Shown here: piece by piece, positions 1-11,543 of the stretch | How the letters are laid out: every line of letters begins with the position of its first letter | Position numbering within the stretch: position 1 is the stretch's first letter | Assembly: GCF_036321535.1 (NCBI RefSeq) | Contig: NC_087437.1 | Coordinates: 91,390,001-91,454,000, forward strand | Length of the DNA: 64,000 bases | Source of the DNA: Camelus dromedarius | Taxonomy: Eukaryota | Reading direction: 5' to 3' | The notes under the pieces: generated by a model | The model's database searches: none | Told to the model about the DNA's origin: nothing | The model's input: the letters and a program-made list of their open reading frames with translations, nothing else | Position numbers and translations under genes: made by a program

Positions 1-529
1 TGCCAAATGCAGTCAGAAAAGTAATATTCTCACACACATACAAATAAAAGCCATAAAGAAATAAGAAGTGCCAAAGACATCTTTTTTTTTATATTTCAAA
101 ATTTGAATAATGTTTACAGTGGCCAAGAAAAAACTCTCCTATATTTTAGTGACAACATCCTTGAAGGGAAAATCTCTGATATTTTTCTTTCTTATTTTCC
201 CTTTTTTATAATATAGGTTTATATATTTATGTTTCAAAAAGAGAGGAAAATGATGTGAGTCAAAATAAAAGAGCCATGACCCCTGATTATCATTAACTCA
301 GAAAATATCAAAGATTAACGATGATGGATGAGTGTGAGGGCAGAATAATACTCAAATACATTATCATCTGTTTTAATGTTACATTGAACAGATAGGTTAA
401 GTCAGGAAATTAGAAGTATAATTATGTATATATGTATAACTATATGAAACGTGTTAACCATAGGTTGGAAGAAAGGTGAAAATAATTTCACATTAAAAGA
501 TTCTAAATTCTTACTAATTTTAAGCTACC

Positions 530-1295
530 TTTATTAACTACACCTACTACAGGTCAAATGCAGTTCTGGATACTGAAAATGCAAAGGCATAAATGTCATG
601 GACTTTCAGTGAGCTTCCAAATTAATAGGGAAGACAGACCTGTTATGGTCTTCCTTGCACAAATAAAAGAGAGTGACTTCTAAACTGAGCTGTGAGTAAT
701 AAATCAGAACATCCACAGTGTTTGGAGGAGGAGTGGGACAATAAAATAAGGGTAACAGCAGTGGGTATGCTAATCTGACAGAACTCATGAGCTAAGTCTC
801 CGAGGCAAAAGACAGAATATCACATTAGGAGAAATGAAATAATTGTAGTTGGAGGTTAGGGTGAAAGTGTATCTGCATGTGCGCACACAGAGGTGCACCC
901 CCGTTTGTACTGGAGGTCTCACAGGATGGACAGGTTTAGGAGCAGCAATCTGTTTGGAAAAAGAAGCTTGAAAATGCGGTTGCTTCACCCTTTTCATAAA
1001 ATGAGTAAATGCCAATTTTCTATACCAGAGTGATGGCTGGGTCAAGCCATTGAGGTAGAGCCTTTCCAGCCTGCCGTCTCCCAAATCTCTATGGATAAAT
1101 GGGCTGGGCCAAGGCACTGAGGAGCCTTCTAATCCTTGTTAAGGAGGTTGGACTTTGTTTTGAAGGCAGAATGGTGTCGTTGGAGGGTTATAAGCAGAGA
1201 AATGGGCATGACCGCAATGTGTTTTTAAAATCACAGTAAAAACTGTGTGAGAAAAAAGTAAGATTAACAGCAGAAAACAGATTAGGAGACTGACA
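530..1295 (-). mobile_element. L2 LINE 3' region, old and fragmented
   Basis: Typical antisense L2 motifs: 'ctggatactgaaaat...gagcttccaaattaatagggaagacagac' near 565-640 and 'ggactttgttttgaaggc...ggagggttataagcagagaaatgggcatg...gattaggagact' near 1150-1290. The middle part is not clearly alignable. Confidence 0.65.
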
Positions 1296-1325
1296 TTGGA
1301 GAGGGACATATAAATTGAGAGAAAT

Positions 1326-1825
1326 TGTCCCTGACATCTGGGACCTGTCGTCTAGGTCTTGGTATTCTCCTGTTGAACATAAACAATTTCATAGAATGTC
1401 AGCATCAGTAAAGTCACTCTGACCATAATGGTTCAAAACAAAAACAAGACCACTTTGTACTCAGGTCTGAACACAGAAAATTAATATTGTCCAAACCATA
1501 AAGATGATCAGACTGAAATGAAGGACAGCTGCCTCTTTACCAATTAAGTTTTACCCTCCCTCTAGACTTTTAAATAAGAAGATACACAGACACAGAATCT
1601 CTGCCCCTGCCCCCATTTTCTGACAGTAAAACCAATCTAATCTAAGAGCAAAACCCCACCTATTAAACTCTACCCAAAATCACAGAACACAAGTCTAAAA
1701 TGTGTAAGAAGTCCTTTCTAATGCCCTCTTACTGGATGCCCAACAGTCTCTTCTACTATGTGTATAGTCTTTCCTTACTACAATGCAAGTACGTTCCTAG
1801 TTGTCTTTGCTAAAGACATTGGTCA
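1326..1825 (+). mobile_element. Old eutherian ERV1-class solo LTR (MER89/MER90-like; subfamily uncertain)
   Basis: Matches remembered LTR blocks 'cactctgaccataatggttcaaaacaaaaacaagaccact', 'agagcaaaacccc...cccaaaatcac...aagtcctttctaatgccctcttact' and the 3' end 'ttcctagttgtctttg...acattggtca'. Confidence 0.65.
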
Positions 1826-2248
1826 GATAATATAGCTAAGAAAATATTCGGTCACTTGTTTGATTTTTAAATTAAGATTTAATAAATTGAATGAGTATCT
1901 TACTTGAACTTTCTCAGAGCAAAAGTAAAGGGAAAAATTTTGAAACATGGATTATTAGAGAGAGGAAATTCTTTACTTGAGTTATTGGTCTCTCTCTCTC
2001 TCTGCTGGTCCTAGAAGAATGCATCTTCAGATTTCTTTTAAAATGATTGCATCCCAAAATAGCAGATATTTTATTAAAAAGCAATATGATTTTTATTATG
2101 TTAACCACCATTAATGCTATAGTACTATAAGTACTTTCCACTTATCTTACTCATTAGGTTATTTCAAGAACATCTTCTAAAAGAATAGATTTTTCTTTCA
2201 ACATATTTGGTTATGTATATTGTGACTCCTATTAAATTTCCATAGCAG

Positions 2249-2348
2249 TGTTACTGAACCAAACTTGGGTCTATTTGCCCATGCTCAGTAAAGCCAATTT
2301 ACTGACACCCGATTGTGCTGAAGTGTTTATTGCAGGACATCAAGCAAG
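2249..2348 (-). mobile_element. ERV1-type LTR 3' end (R/U5), antisense; left arm of a foldback
   Basis: Reverse complement reads 'cttgcttgatgtcctgcAATAAAcacttcagcac...ttggctttactg...gacccaagtttggttcagtaaCA', i.e. a polyA signal and an LTR terminus. Confidence 0.75.
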
Positions 2349-2468
2349 TTCTCGCCTTTTAAGCAGTACCTGCCCTGGACTCCTTTCTTGGCGCTCTGTA
2401 CTAAACACTGAACTTTCCTTCACCAGAACTGGATGTCAGTAGACAGAACCAAGTTTGGTTCAATAACA
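2349..2468 (+). mobile_element. ERV1-type LTR 3' end (R/U5), sense; right arm of a foldback
   Basis: 'ctggactcctttcttggcgctctgtactaaacactgaactttccttcacc...tgtcagtaga...ccaagtttggttcaataaCA'. Same family as the left arm. Confidence 0.75.
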
Positions 2469-3121
2469 ATAGAACTAAGAAACATAATTTTTGAAAATTA
2501 TTCTTTGTTTATTCTTTAATACCAATATTTTCTATGCCTTAAATAGTAAAAAGATACATCTCTCTATCAAATTGTGATCGAGACTAGGTAACTAGTGTGA
2601 AATAGAATTTTAATTTTTTTTTCATATTTATTAAATCAAATTCAGATTTATCCATTGATAGCTAATACTAACATATTTTTTGCAGTTCATCATAGATAAA
2701 TAACCACAATATTATATTTTTTGAAATATAAAGATAGAAATATTCATGCAGTTTTTAACCAGTTCTGAATTTATGAATGTATCTGTTAATATTCTTGTAC
2801 TTCAAAAAAAATCTGAGAAAACCTGGACTCCTATGGCTGAATATTCATTATTTTATGTATATTTTTATAGTGAAGTATATGGATGTTGTGTCACATAAAA
2901 TGAAGTAATATACAACAGTTTGATATAGAATATCTTAAAATATTTAAGCCATAGGATACATAACTGATATGAAGAATAATCATAGGAAAATTTTTGAGTG
3001 TATCATTTGAAATGTTTTTCTAGTCCCCTGATTATTATTTTACTATTTTTTGACTTTTTGAATTGGCTGCATTTTGAATTTACTGGGTGAGTTTATTGGG
3101 CATAATATGCAAGAGTATTCA

Positions 3122-3515
3122 TCTGTTAGTCAGAGTTCTTCAGAGAAACAGAACCAATAGAAAATGTGTCTAAAAATAAAAAGATTTATTTTAAGGAATC
3201 GACTCACATGAATATGGTGGCTGCAAATTCAAAATCTCCAAGGTAAGACGGCAGACTGGAGATGCAAAGAAGACTTGGTATTGCCGCTCAAGTCTGCAGG
3301 CAGTTTGGAGGCAAAATTGCCTCGTCCCCAGAGGACCTCATTCTTCTCAGCTGATTGGCTGAGACCCACCCCTATGGAAAGGAATCTGCTTTACTCAAAG
3401 TATATCGATTTAAACATTAATCTTATCTAAAAATTACTTCTCAGCAACACCTAGACTGCTGTTTGAAATACATGGGTATTGTGGCCAGGTGAAATTGACG
3501 TATAAACTATTCACA
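3122..3515 (-). mobile_element. MLT2 (ERVL) solo LTR, MLT2B/D-like
   Basis: Begins 'ttagtcagagttcttcagagaaacagaaccaatag', contains 'aatctgctttactcaaagt' and ends 'aaattgacgtataaactattcaca'. This is the reverse complement of the MLT2 consensus end to end. Confidence 0.9.
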
Positions 3516-3644
3516 ATTTGTAATATCATTTACATATCATTGGTTTGTTGAATATTTATTCCTCACACTATGAGTAGAGCTGCACTGCATTCATCATCCT
3601 TTCCCACCAAACTTCACTAGCTTTAGGAAAAAAGGAAATATTGT

Positions 3645-4076
3645 TGTGAGCTGGTCTTGAGATGAGTTAAGGCTGTGGGACCCAAGGCCACGATCGGAGC
3701 ATTGAGATGAGTTACAGCCGTGGGACCCAAGGCCACGATCAGAGCATGTTTGTAGTATGCAGTAAATAATTGCTCCATGCATGCGTCAATTACATATGAT
3801 TTAGAACAAAGAAAATAGAAGTACGCATGTGCTAGAGATATTCTGTAAGCCTAATGAACAAAGAAACTCAGACTGCGCATGTGTTGACAAAAAACAGATA
3901 AAAGCAGGACAGGTGCATCATAGGTGCACACCTCCCTGTGGCAATAAAGTGTTGTTAACCCCATGGTGTCTCCGGTTGAAGTCTGTCCGGTTGAAGTCTG
4001 TCTGGTGAAGTCCGTGCATTTTTTCATTTGGGCCGCTCACCTCCTAGAACCCCACATCAGCCTCCCTCGGCTGACA
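3645..4076 (+). mobile_element. Young lineage-specific ERV solo LTR (about 430 bp)
   Basis: TG...CA termini. Flanking duplication is gttg/gttg if the start is 3647, or attgt/gttgt if it is 3645. TATA-like GATAAAA near 3897, AATAAA at 3943-3948, CpGs retained, internal tandem duplications. Confidence 0.8.
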
Positions 4077-6167
4077 GTTGTCTCCCATCTTGAGATGAAC
4101 CCAGACTAATTACACTGGAGTGTTTACACTAGAGCAAAATATGAATTTCTTCTGAAAAGGGTGTGACAGTAATATGTTTTTACCATAAATATTTGTTAGT
4201 GGGGCTGATTGTGTCACTGTGTGTTAAGGAGGTAAGTATTTAAAAAATGCTGAGGTAATTCAACCTTAAATATCTGATTATAGGCCAGATAGTTAAAAGA
4301 TTAAGCTGTTCTCAAGCTAACACCTGTTTTCTTGAATGAATAAAAATTTTAAAGTGAAAAATGTAAAAAAGATGTGGAAAAATAAAAAATGTTTTCTTCA
4401 TGAATCTCTATTATAGCAAAAACACAAATACTTGTTTTCATAATAGTTATATATTTATAAAATGAACCATTAATTTTGAGGAAAAACCTAAACATCCTGA
4501 ATCTTTGAATGGATTGTTCTTTCATGGATCAACTAACTGGCAGAATTACAGCCTACTCTCTCTTGCCCCTCTTTCTTCTTCCTTTTTCCTTTGTCCCTCC
4601 CTCCCTTCTTTTCTTCTCCCTTCCTGTCTACTTTTTCCTTTTGTAAGCATTCTGCATTCATTTTTATTTACAGAGTTACAGAAAGTTAAGTTTAAAAAGA
4701 ATGCTCAAAATTTTAGAAGAGGATCTTTTTTCTTCATTACACCTATGCAGAGTATCTAGTACTTACTTTTAACAAGGTTTGATTGCATCCACAGTGAGTG
4801 AAGTATTTAAGCACTTTTCATTGTTTTAAAGGCATGATCACTTTAGATCTGCATCTTTTTTTATTCTAAATGCTTACAAGAGGAAGAATGAAAACAATGC
4901 AAACAATTGTTTAAATGTTTATGTGACTTTGTATTCAGAGTTTAATTAGTTAGAAATAGCTCTGATTGCCATGACACATAAAATTAGTAGCACAGCATAC
5001 ATATAAAAAAGTTCCAGTTCTGCTATCTTTAACTCAGTAAGTATCTGTTCTGTTATTGCTGATGTCGGTTAAGTCCAACACAGAAAATAGCACAACAGAA
5101 GCTTCAAACACAAGGTAATGGCACTTCCATAACTCATTACATTTAATGGGAAGTGTGCACACAAGTAACGAAGAGCAGAAAGTTTAGCTAATAAATCTCC
5201 AAGACATTCACTTTTTTCTCTTTTTTTTTTTTTACTTTTTTTTACACTACACAGACATTATTCTGTGTTTCATCATCTTAGATGGTTAATAGATAGTTGG
5301 AATATTTGGAGAAAAGAACCTGCAAAAGTTATCAAAAACACTACATACATGCAAAAACAATGTGGGAAGGGGACCATAGCTCATTAAAATGACTTATTAA
5401 AAAGCTTTTGCTATTTTTCCCAGCAGTATTGGCAATATGAAAAAAATCTTGCTAAGAATTACATAAGTCTTTCAATGTTCTAGAGGAACATTGGATGTTT
5501 TATGAAAGTTTCATACTTTAGATTGGCTTTGGCATGTATATTAGGGTTTGAAGGTATAAAAAAGTAACAAACAGAAGCTTATTTGCAGTAATATAAAAAA
5601 GTTGATTTAAAAATAGTGAAGAGAGATATACTACTTTATTTCTCAGAGTCTCTATTTCTAGATAGACCTATAATACTGACTCTTACCTTGAGGTCCGTAC
5701 ATAAACATCAAGATTATTTGGATTCGCTGAAGTTATGTAGAAAGTTTTGTTTTATTTTGATACATATTTTTACTTTTATTCTAGTGTTTAAGGAAAAAAT
5801 ACTGATATTTGGACAAGGCACACTAATTTGGTGAAGGTTTTTACATATGTCAAATATCACCCTGACATTTCCAGCATCCTTAGTTCTGACTACATTCTTA
5901 TAGAGAGGTCAAGTTTCTCTCAAAAAGCTATCACTAATTCTTTTGGGATTTTCTTGACAATGTCTTATTTTAATTTTTTTGAGATATGCAAATTGCTGGC
6001 ATTTATATCAATTACAGAAAAATATAGAAGACTGAGTAGTAATCTAAATCATCCCAGGTGCTTAATATAACATTTCAACACAGGACAGTGGCACCTCCTG
6101 TAATTCAATTCTTGAAGTCTAGGTTTTGAATAAAACAAAAAATCTTTTTGATAGATAAACAATATTG

Positions 6168-6213
6168 TTTCCTTCCTTCTCTCCTTCCTTCCATCCTTCT
6201 TTCTTTCCTTCTT
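6168..6213 (+). repeat. (TTCC)n-like pyrimidine-rich simple repeat
   Basis: ttccttccttctctccttccttccatccttcttctttccttcttt. Confidence 0.75.
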
Positions 6214-7337
6214 TGATGCAGAATTAAAGTAGATCAATGTGTCACTTTAAATAAACATACAAAAGTGGCCATCCTATTCCATTATGCTAAGACAAAAATA
6301 TCATCATGACAAGCTGAATAAAACATGTCTCAACCATAGGGGAAGAGAAACTATATTAAACATCATTAATTGTTTTCCAAAATCCTCAAGTACCCGGGAC
6401 ATTACAGTGAAGCATCATACTAAGAATTTGAAGTTGTAGACTGAGCTTCTAACTTGGTTTTAATGAGGACTACTAAATCTTGACAGACAACTTTGCCCAG
6501 GCACCTTCACAAGAAATTGAATGCAAGGAATGTGCAATATGAAAAATGTGTAATATATTCTAATAAAATAGAGGTTCAAATGATCAAGGAGCATGTGTCA
6601 TTGTAAAGTGATCTCTATTTTTTTTAATTAAGATTCGACTGCCTCTCTTGATCTAGGATAAAATATTCACAGAGGCTATCTACAAACAACTCAAGAACCA
6701 AAACTTAGTTAATTAGAGCCACAGTCCATGGTGGGAATAGAGGAAGAATGGCATATTAGTACCTCATTGCCTTTGTGATCATGTGAGAGAAGAGACATGA
6801 AATATATTGACTCTTTAGTAGCATCACAGAATAGAAGACTGGAGATGGAGTGATCTTTGAATTTTCTATAAAAAAGATGGGGAGTTTGGTTTTTCCCTCC
6901 ACTTTTTATTACATGACTCTATGCCTTCTTACAAGACTTGTTCTTCTGTTATATTTTTATATTTCCTCACAGACATTTTCCTGATTTCCCCACCAAGTCA
7001 TTATAAATTTAACAGACAGTTTTCCTTTTTTTTTTTTCTCTGTCTGCTCTGAAGTCTCTAACTCAGTCTTTCTCATAAAATCAACAATAGAAGTGACTAG
7101 ACAGTGTAGAGAATCAGAAAGTTAAAAAAAATTAAATAAGCAGGGAGCAAGTAGCATCTGTTCTCTCAGAGATTATTCTAAGACTCATTCCAAAACTCAG
7201 AATCACACTGTTACTTTAGTCTCTCTGTGTGTCCAGGAAATAATGCGAGAAAGGCCTACATTTGCCAAGTTGTGGGGTATCGGGTAGGCAGTGTTCCCTA
7301 CGCTGCATCTGCTGATGCCACTTGAAGTTTCACTCCC

Positions 7338-7719
7338 TCTTCTGGACTAAAGTTTGTGTCCCCTCAAAATTCATATGTTGATGCGCTTACCCAGCTGTGT
7401 GGCTCTATTTAGAGACGTGTAAGGAAGTAATGAAGGTTAAATAAGGTCACAATGGGGGACTCTGATCCCATAGGATTAGTGTTTTTATGAGACACCAGGG
7501 AGCTGCTCGCTCTCTCCATGTGCCTGCACCTCGGAAGGACCATGTGGGATTAAACAGCCATCTGCACGCCAGGAAGAGAGCCTTTTCCAGAAGCCAAATC
7601 CTGCTGGAACTTTGATCTTTGACTTTCCAGCCTCTAGAACTTGAGAAAATAAATTTCATTTGTTTAAGCCACCCAGTCTATGGGATTTTATTATGGCAGC
7701 CCAAGCTGACTAGTATACA
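7338..7719 (+). mobile_element. MaLR solo LTR, MLT1A-like
   Basis: Runs from 'tggactaaagtttgtgtcccctcaaaattcatatgttg' to 'tttaagccacccagtctatgg...gcagcccaagctgactagtataca'. 5-bp TSD-like pair ctccc/ttccc. Confidence 0.9.
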
Positions 7720-9104
7720 TTCCCCCTACTCCATACCACAAGTCTCAAAACTCCTTTAGTATTTAGATTTACTCTAGCCTACTGATTTTCCTAACTTTTG
7801 TTACTATCAAGACAGCCCTTCTACATCAGAGCATTCACAGTTCTGTTTCTGTTTCTTCAATGGTCAGGTTAAAACGGCCCGCTCCATATGCCTACTACCA
7901 CCATGAACTGTTATATCCAAAAAGGGAAATATAAAAGCTGGGGACTTAACTTTGGTGATATAGTAAAAATTCTTGCCCCACAAAGATAGGTTAGGAGAAC
8001 AATGAGCAGAGATAAGAAACAGTAGAGCGTTCTTGGGCTGCAGGACACCTGGATATTCAGAGCCTGAAGGCAACACCACCAGGATCTCGAAGGTAGGAGA
8101 GGCTAGATCTGTTCTCATCTTTCATTAAAGCTGTTGTCTGGAGAAAAAAAAAAAAAAAAGAAAGAGAGAGAGAGAGAGTGAGATTAGAGCCCTTTTATTC
8201 TGTGGGGCAGTAGGCAAAAGAGAAGGCTGAGGGAGAGCTAGCACCTCCTTTATATGTATACGTATGAATCCTACATATGCTTTTTTTTTTTTTTTTTTTG
8301 CTCTTTCTGTGAATCTTTTCTCTCTTGCAGTTAGTCTGACAGTATTTAATAGAGTTTGGTTATCCCTTTTACCTTGTGAGCAATGAAGCCCTGAAGAAAG
8401 CAGATCTATTTTAATTCTAAATATCTGGTGCTACTTAAAACATCAGTGGACTTTGATAGTTTTTATGTTAAAGCACTCTGAATCCTGACCCAATTCTGTC
8501 ACTTGGTTGTTTTTCATTTCGCGTGTTTGCTGTATATTTGCAATTTTATATATTTGGAGATTGTCTCAAAGTTTTCTTTGGTTCCTTTAACATATTTATC
8601 ATATTACAAATATAAATTGTTGTCATCAAAATTAAACTGTTCATGAGATTCCTCTTAAACTGATCTTGGAGAAGCACAAAACAAAGACTGATAATTTCAG
8701 TGATGGTTATTTACTTTGAAATGTAATGAACGGTTGAATGACATATGAAGGATAAGATACATAATGTGTAGGTTTTATGAAGTGGAAAATTACAATAGAA
8801 GTTTCTCCTTTAGTTTTGTTTTAACTCTGACTTTGGCAGCAGGCACTCCTCTACTTTTCTATATGCAGTTGTATAGGTGACAAGTGCCTGGACATTATAA
8901 ACCTTTAATATAATTGATCACATTCAATTAGTTTGCATTACTACTTCAAACGAGTTTTCACAGTTAACAAACAAAGAAAAAATAACAGCTGACAGATCTA
9001 GCCTGTCTCAGGATCAAGGTCAATCTGTCTGGTTGCACCTATAACCACTTTTTTTCAGGACCAAAATAATCTGATAAATTTAGGATTTAGGAAAGTAGAG
9101 AGTG

Positions 9105-9215
9105 TGGTAATTTGATAGGGATTACACGGAATCTGTATATTGTTTTGAGGAGTATGACCGTTTTAACAATATGGATTCTTCCAATCCAAGACTATGGCAT
9201 ATCTTTCCATCTGTT
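9105..9215 (-). mobile_element. Isolated internal L1 ORF2 fragment (about 110 bp)
   Basis: 'ggtaatttgatagggattacacggaatctgta...ttcttccaatccaagactatggcatatctttccat' is antisense L1 ORF2. Confidence 0.85.
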
Positions 9216-10927
9216 GAACTGCACTTTCTGATATTATCTTTCAGTTTGCTTTTCAAGTCACTTTTACCAAAGAAAGTAGTACAACTAATGCAGTAAAAAA
9301 TAGGAATCTATTATGAGTCTGAAAGGACTGTGAAATTTCACTTTTTACATATGCCACCCTGTTTTACACAGTGATTGCGGGATGGGGCATACTTGTTGAA
9401 CTAAATGTATTTACCCCATTCCCCAAGAAATTGCATCATACCAAATCCAGGTTTATATTACATTTTAGAAAAGAGTACCTATGTAGTTTATTCTTGTTTA
9501 ATGGCTGTAAGACCTGAAGATACAAAGAAACTAAAGCAGTGATCTATCTGACATCTATAAAGGTGAATGGCATTTTTCCCAAATGTAGTCACTGAAGATG
9601 TCTGGGACTCTTTGCTGTTTCCTAGTCCTGAGATGTCCATATATGCCTTTGCAGAGTTGTCCATGCCATTCTTTATTAAAAATGCAGTTTTAATTTTTTT
9701 CCCAGTGTGCAAGAGAATAACCATTCTGTTCTATATTCTTAAATTCACTTGAGTACTTATCATACTATTATTTTCCTCTGTTTCTGCTTTGCTGAAGACT
9801 TATAATTCTACTTTATCTTTTCAGACCATTTTTCATCACATACTTTACAAGCACATAAAGTATAAAAAGAGGCATCATTCACCATTATTAAAAACAGTTC
9901 TTGCCAGTCTCCTATGTATCTCTTAACTGTGAATCACTTGGGCTCCTAACAATATTTCAAGTTCTTTCCTTTAGAGAATCTCACCCCATTTTTAATTGTG
10001 ATGAATCAATGTCCAGATAAGTCATTTTTTAACAGCTGAGATGAAATTTGCCAGCATCACAATTGACATATTTTGGCCTTCTGAAACCACACAGATGTAT
10101 CACAGAAGTGAACAAAAAATTTGCCTTAATTATAGGATAATTTTCAATTCAAAGGAAAAACAAAAGTAATTTGAAGTCAATAGGCCTGTGTGTTTATAAA
10201 TTTAACAAAAATATTTTATAAGGAGAAAAATCAATTCTATTCATTTGAAAAAATTAAGATAAACAAAATGTCTTGGGTTTCATAGCATTTTAGACTAAGA
10301 ACAATAACATGAGTTAATAACTTATGAATATTCTAGATAATAGACATTTTTATAAAGCAATATTGATTATAATAAACTTCCACAAATGGACTAAGTTAGA
10401 TAACCTACTTTTTTTCTTTAGGATGCGAATGAATTTTTAAATATTTCTCCGGTACTTCGCCTTGGGCTTTCTTCCTGAAAGAAAGCTAAGCAGACGTTTC
10501 CTGAAGAGGTTTATAGGGAGATGGAAGAATGGAAGCGACACTGAATAAAGCTAATGCAAACAGAACTTTGATTCGGTATTTAAAGCTTCATGAAATCTAA
10601 CCTTTTAAACTTGTATTTTGCCAGCACACAAATGACCTTTAAAACTAAGTGGTAAAGTCTGTTGTTAGATTCATTGTAGTTTGCTAGTGGTGGTGGGTGT
10701 TGGATATTTTTTCTTGACATATCTTTAGAAATGCTTCTGTGTTCCAATAAATGGTGATGGTTAAATAGCATAAAAAGAAAAAGAAAAGCTGGTCAGAGGA
10801 AAATTTTCTGTCTATGCACATCTTAATTTAAGCAGAAAATTGAAGGAATTTTCCAGTGATGCATTAACAAAATCATGTCCTACAATATTTAGAGGCATTG
10901 ATTCAATGCATGCCTTTTAGGCTTTTC

Positions 10928-11175
10928 AGCATAGAAGTTAAGGGTGCAGAATCTAAATTCTGAGATTATATGTGCCTCTTTCTCAACATGTGGCCTTGAA
11001 AATTTCAATTAGCTTTTCTAATCTTTTTTTGTAATCTGGAAAGTTAAACTAAGACTTTACATTCCTCATTGTGTTTTGTTGAGGATCCAATAAAGCAGTG
11101 TTTGTAAATCAATTATTTTGGTACCTGGTTTATGCTCAGAATTCAGTATATTTGAGTAATAATTATGGTATTACT
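10928..11175 (+). mobile_element. MIR SINE (degenerate)
   Basis: 'agcatagaagttaagggtgcag...tgtggccttg...ttgttgaggatccaataa...gtacctgg' followed by an AT-rich tail. Confidence 0.6.
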
Positions 11176-11487
11176 CAGAAAAACATTTGTATAGATTGTT
11201 TTTGTAATTTAAATTTTTATAATTTCTGAAATTTTTGTAATTATTGACTTATTTTTATGTTTCTATATTTTCTTCAACTATGTTGTAAGCGTTGCCTTTG
11301 GATTGATGTCCTTTTGAGGAGAAGACTGACGCAGTGCACATAGTAGTATATATTCAGTGTTTGCCAAGTACCATAACTTTGATAATAGTGAAAATCTTTA
11401 CTATTAAACAATTCAATTAATGGCTACAAACAACATGAATTTCCAAGTACTCTTCTTGATGGATTTCTTTGTCTGTTTTTCTCATAG

Positions 11488-11543
11488 CTTAGTTATTCAC
11501 GAGAAAAAGCTGAGCTTTTGATGTCTGCCTTGCAATTCATGAG
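11488..11543 (+). other. Candidate 56-nt internal exon (unassigned gene or lncRNA)
   Basis: Polypyrimidine acceptor 'tttctttgtctgtttttctcatag|' and consensus donor 'gag|gtaagt'. Phase 0 is open (LSYSREKAELLMSALQFM). No recognised homology. Confidence 0.25.

Noticed and set aside
3657..3746. CRISPR-like direct repeats
   Set aside because: Only two abutting 45-bp units with no spacers, inside a mammalian LTR.
8144..8299. A-tract and T-tract in inverted arrangement (possible hairpin or retrocopy)
   Set aside because: Only homopolymer complementarity, with no TSD and no recognisable insert.
10421..10580. Exon after a strong-looking acceptor tttttttctttag
   Set aside because: Early stops in all frames and no good donor.
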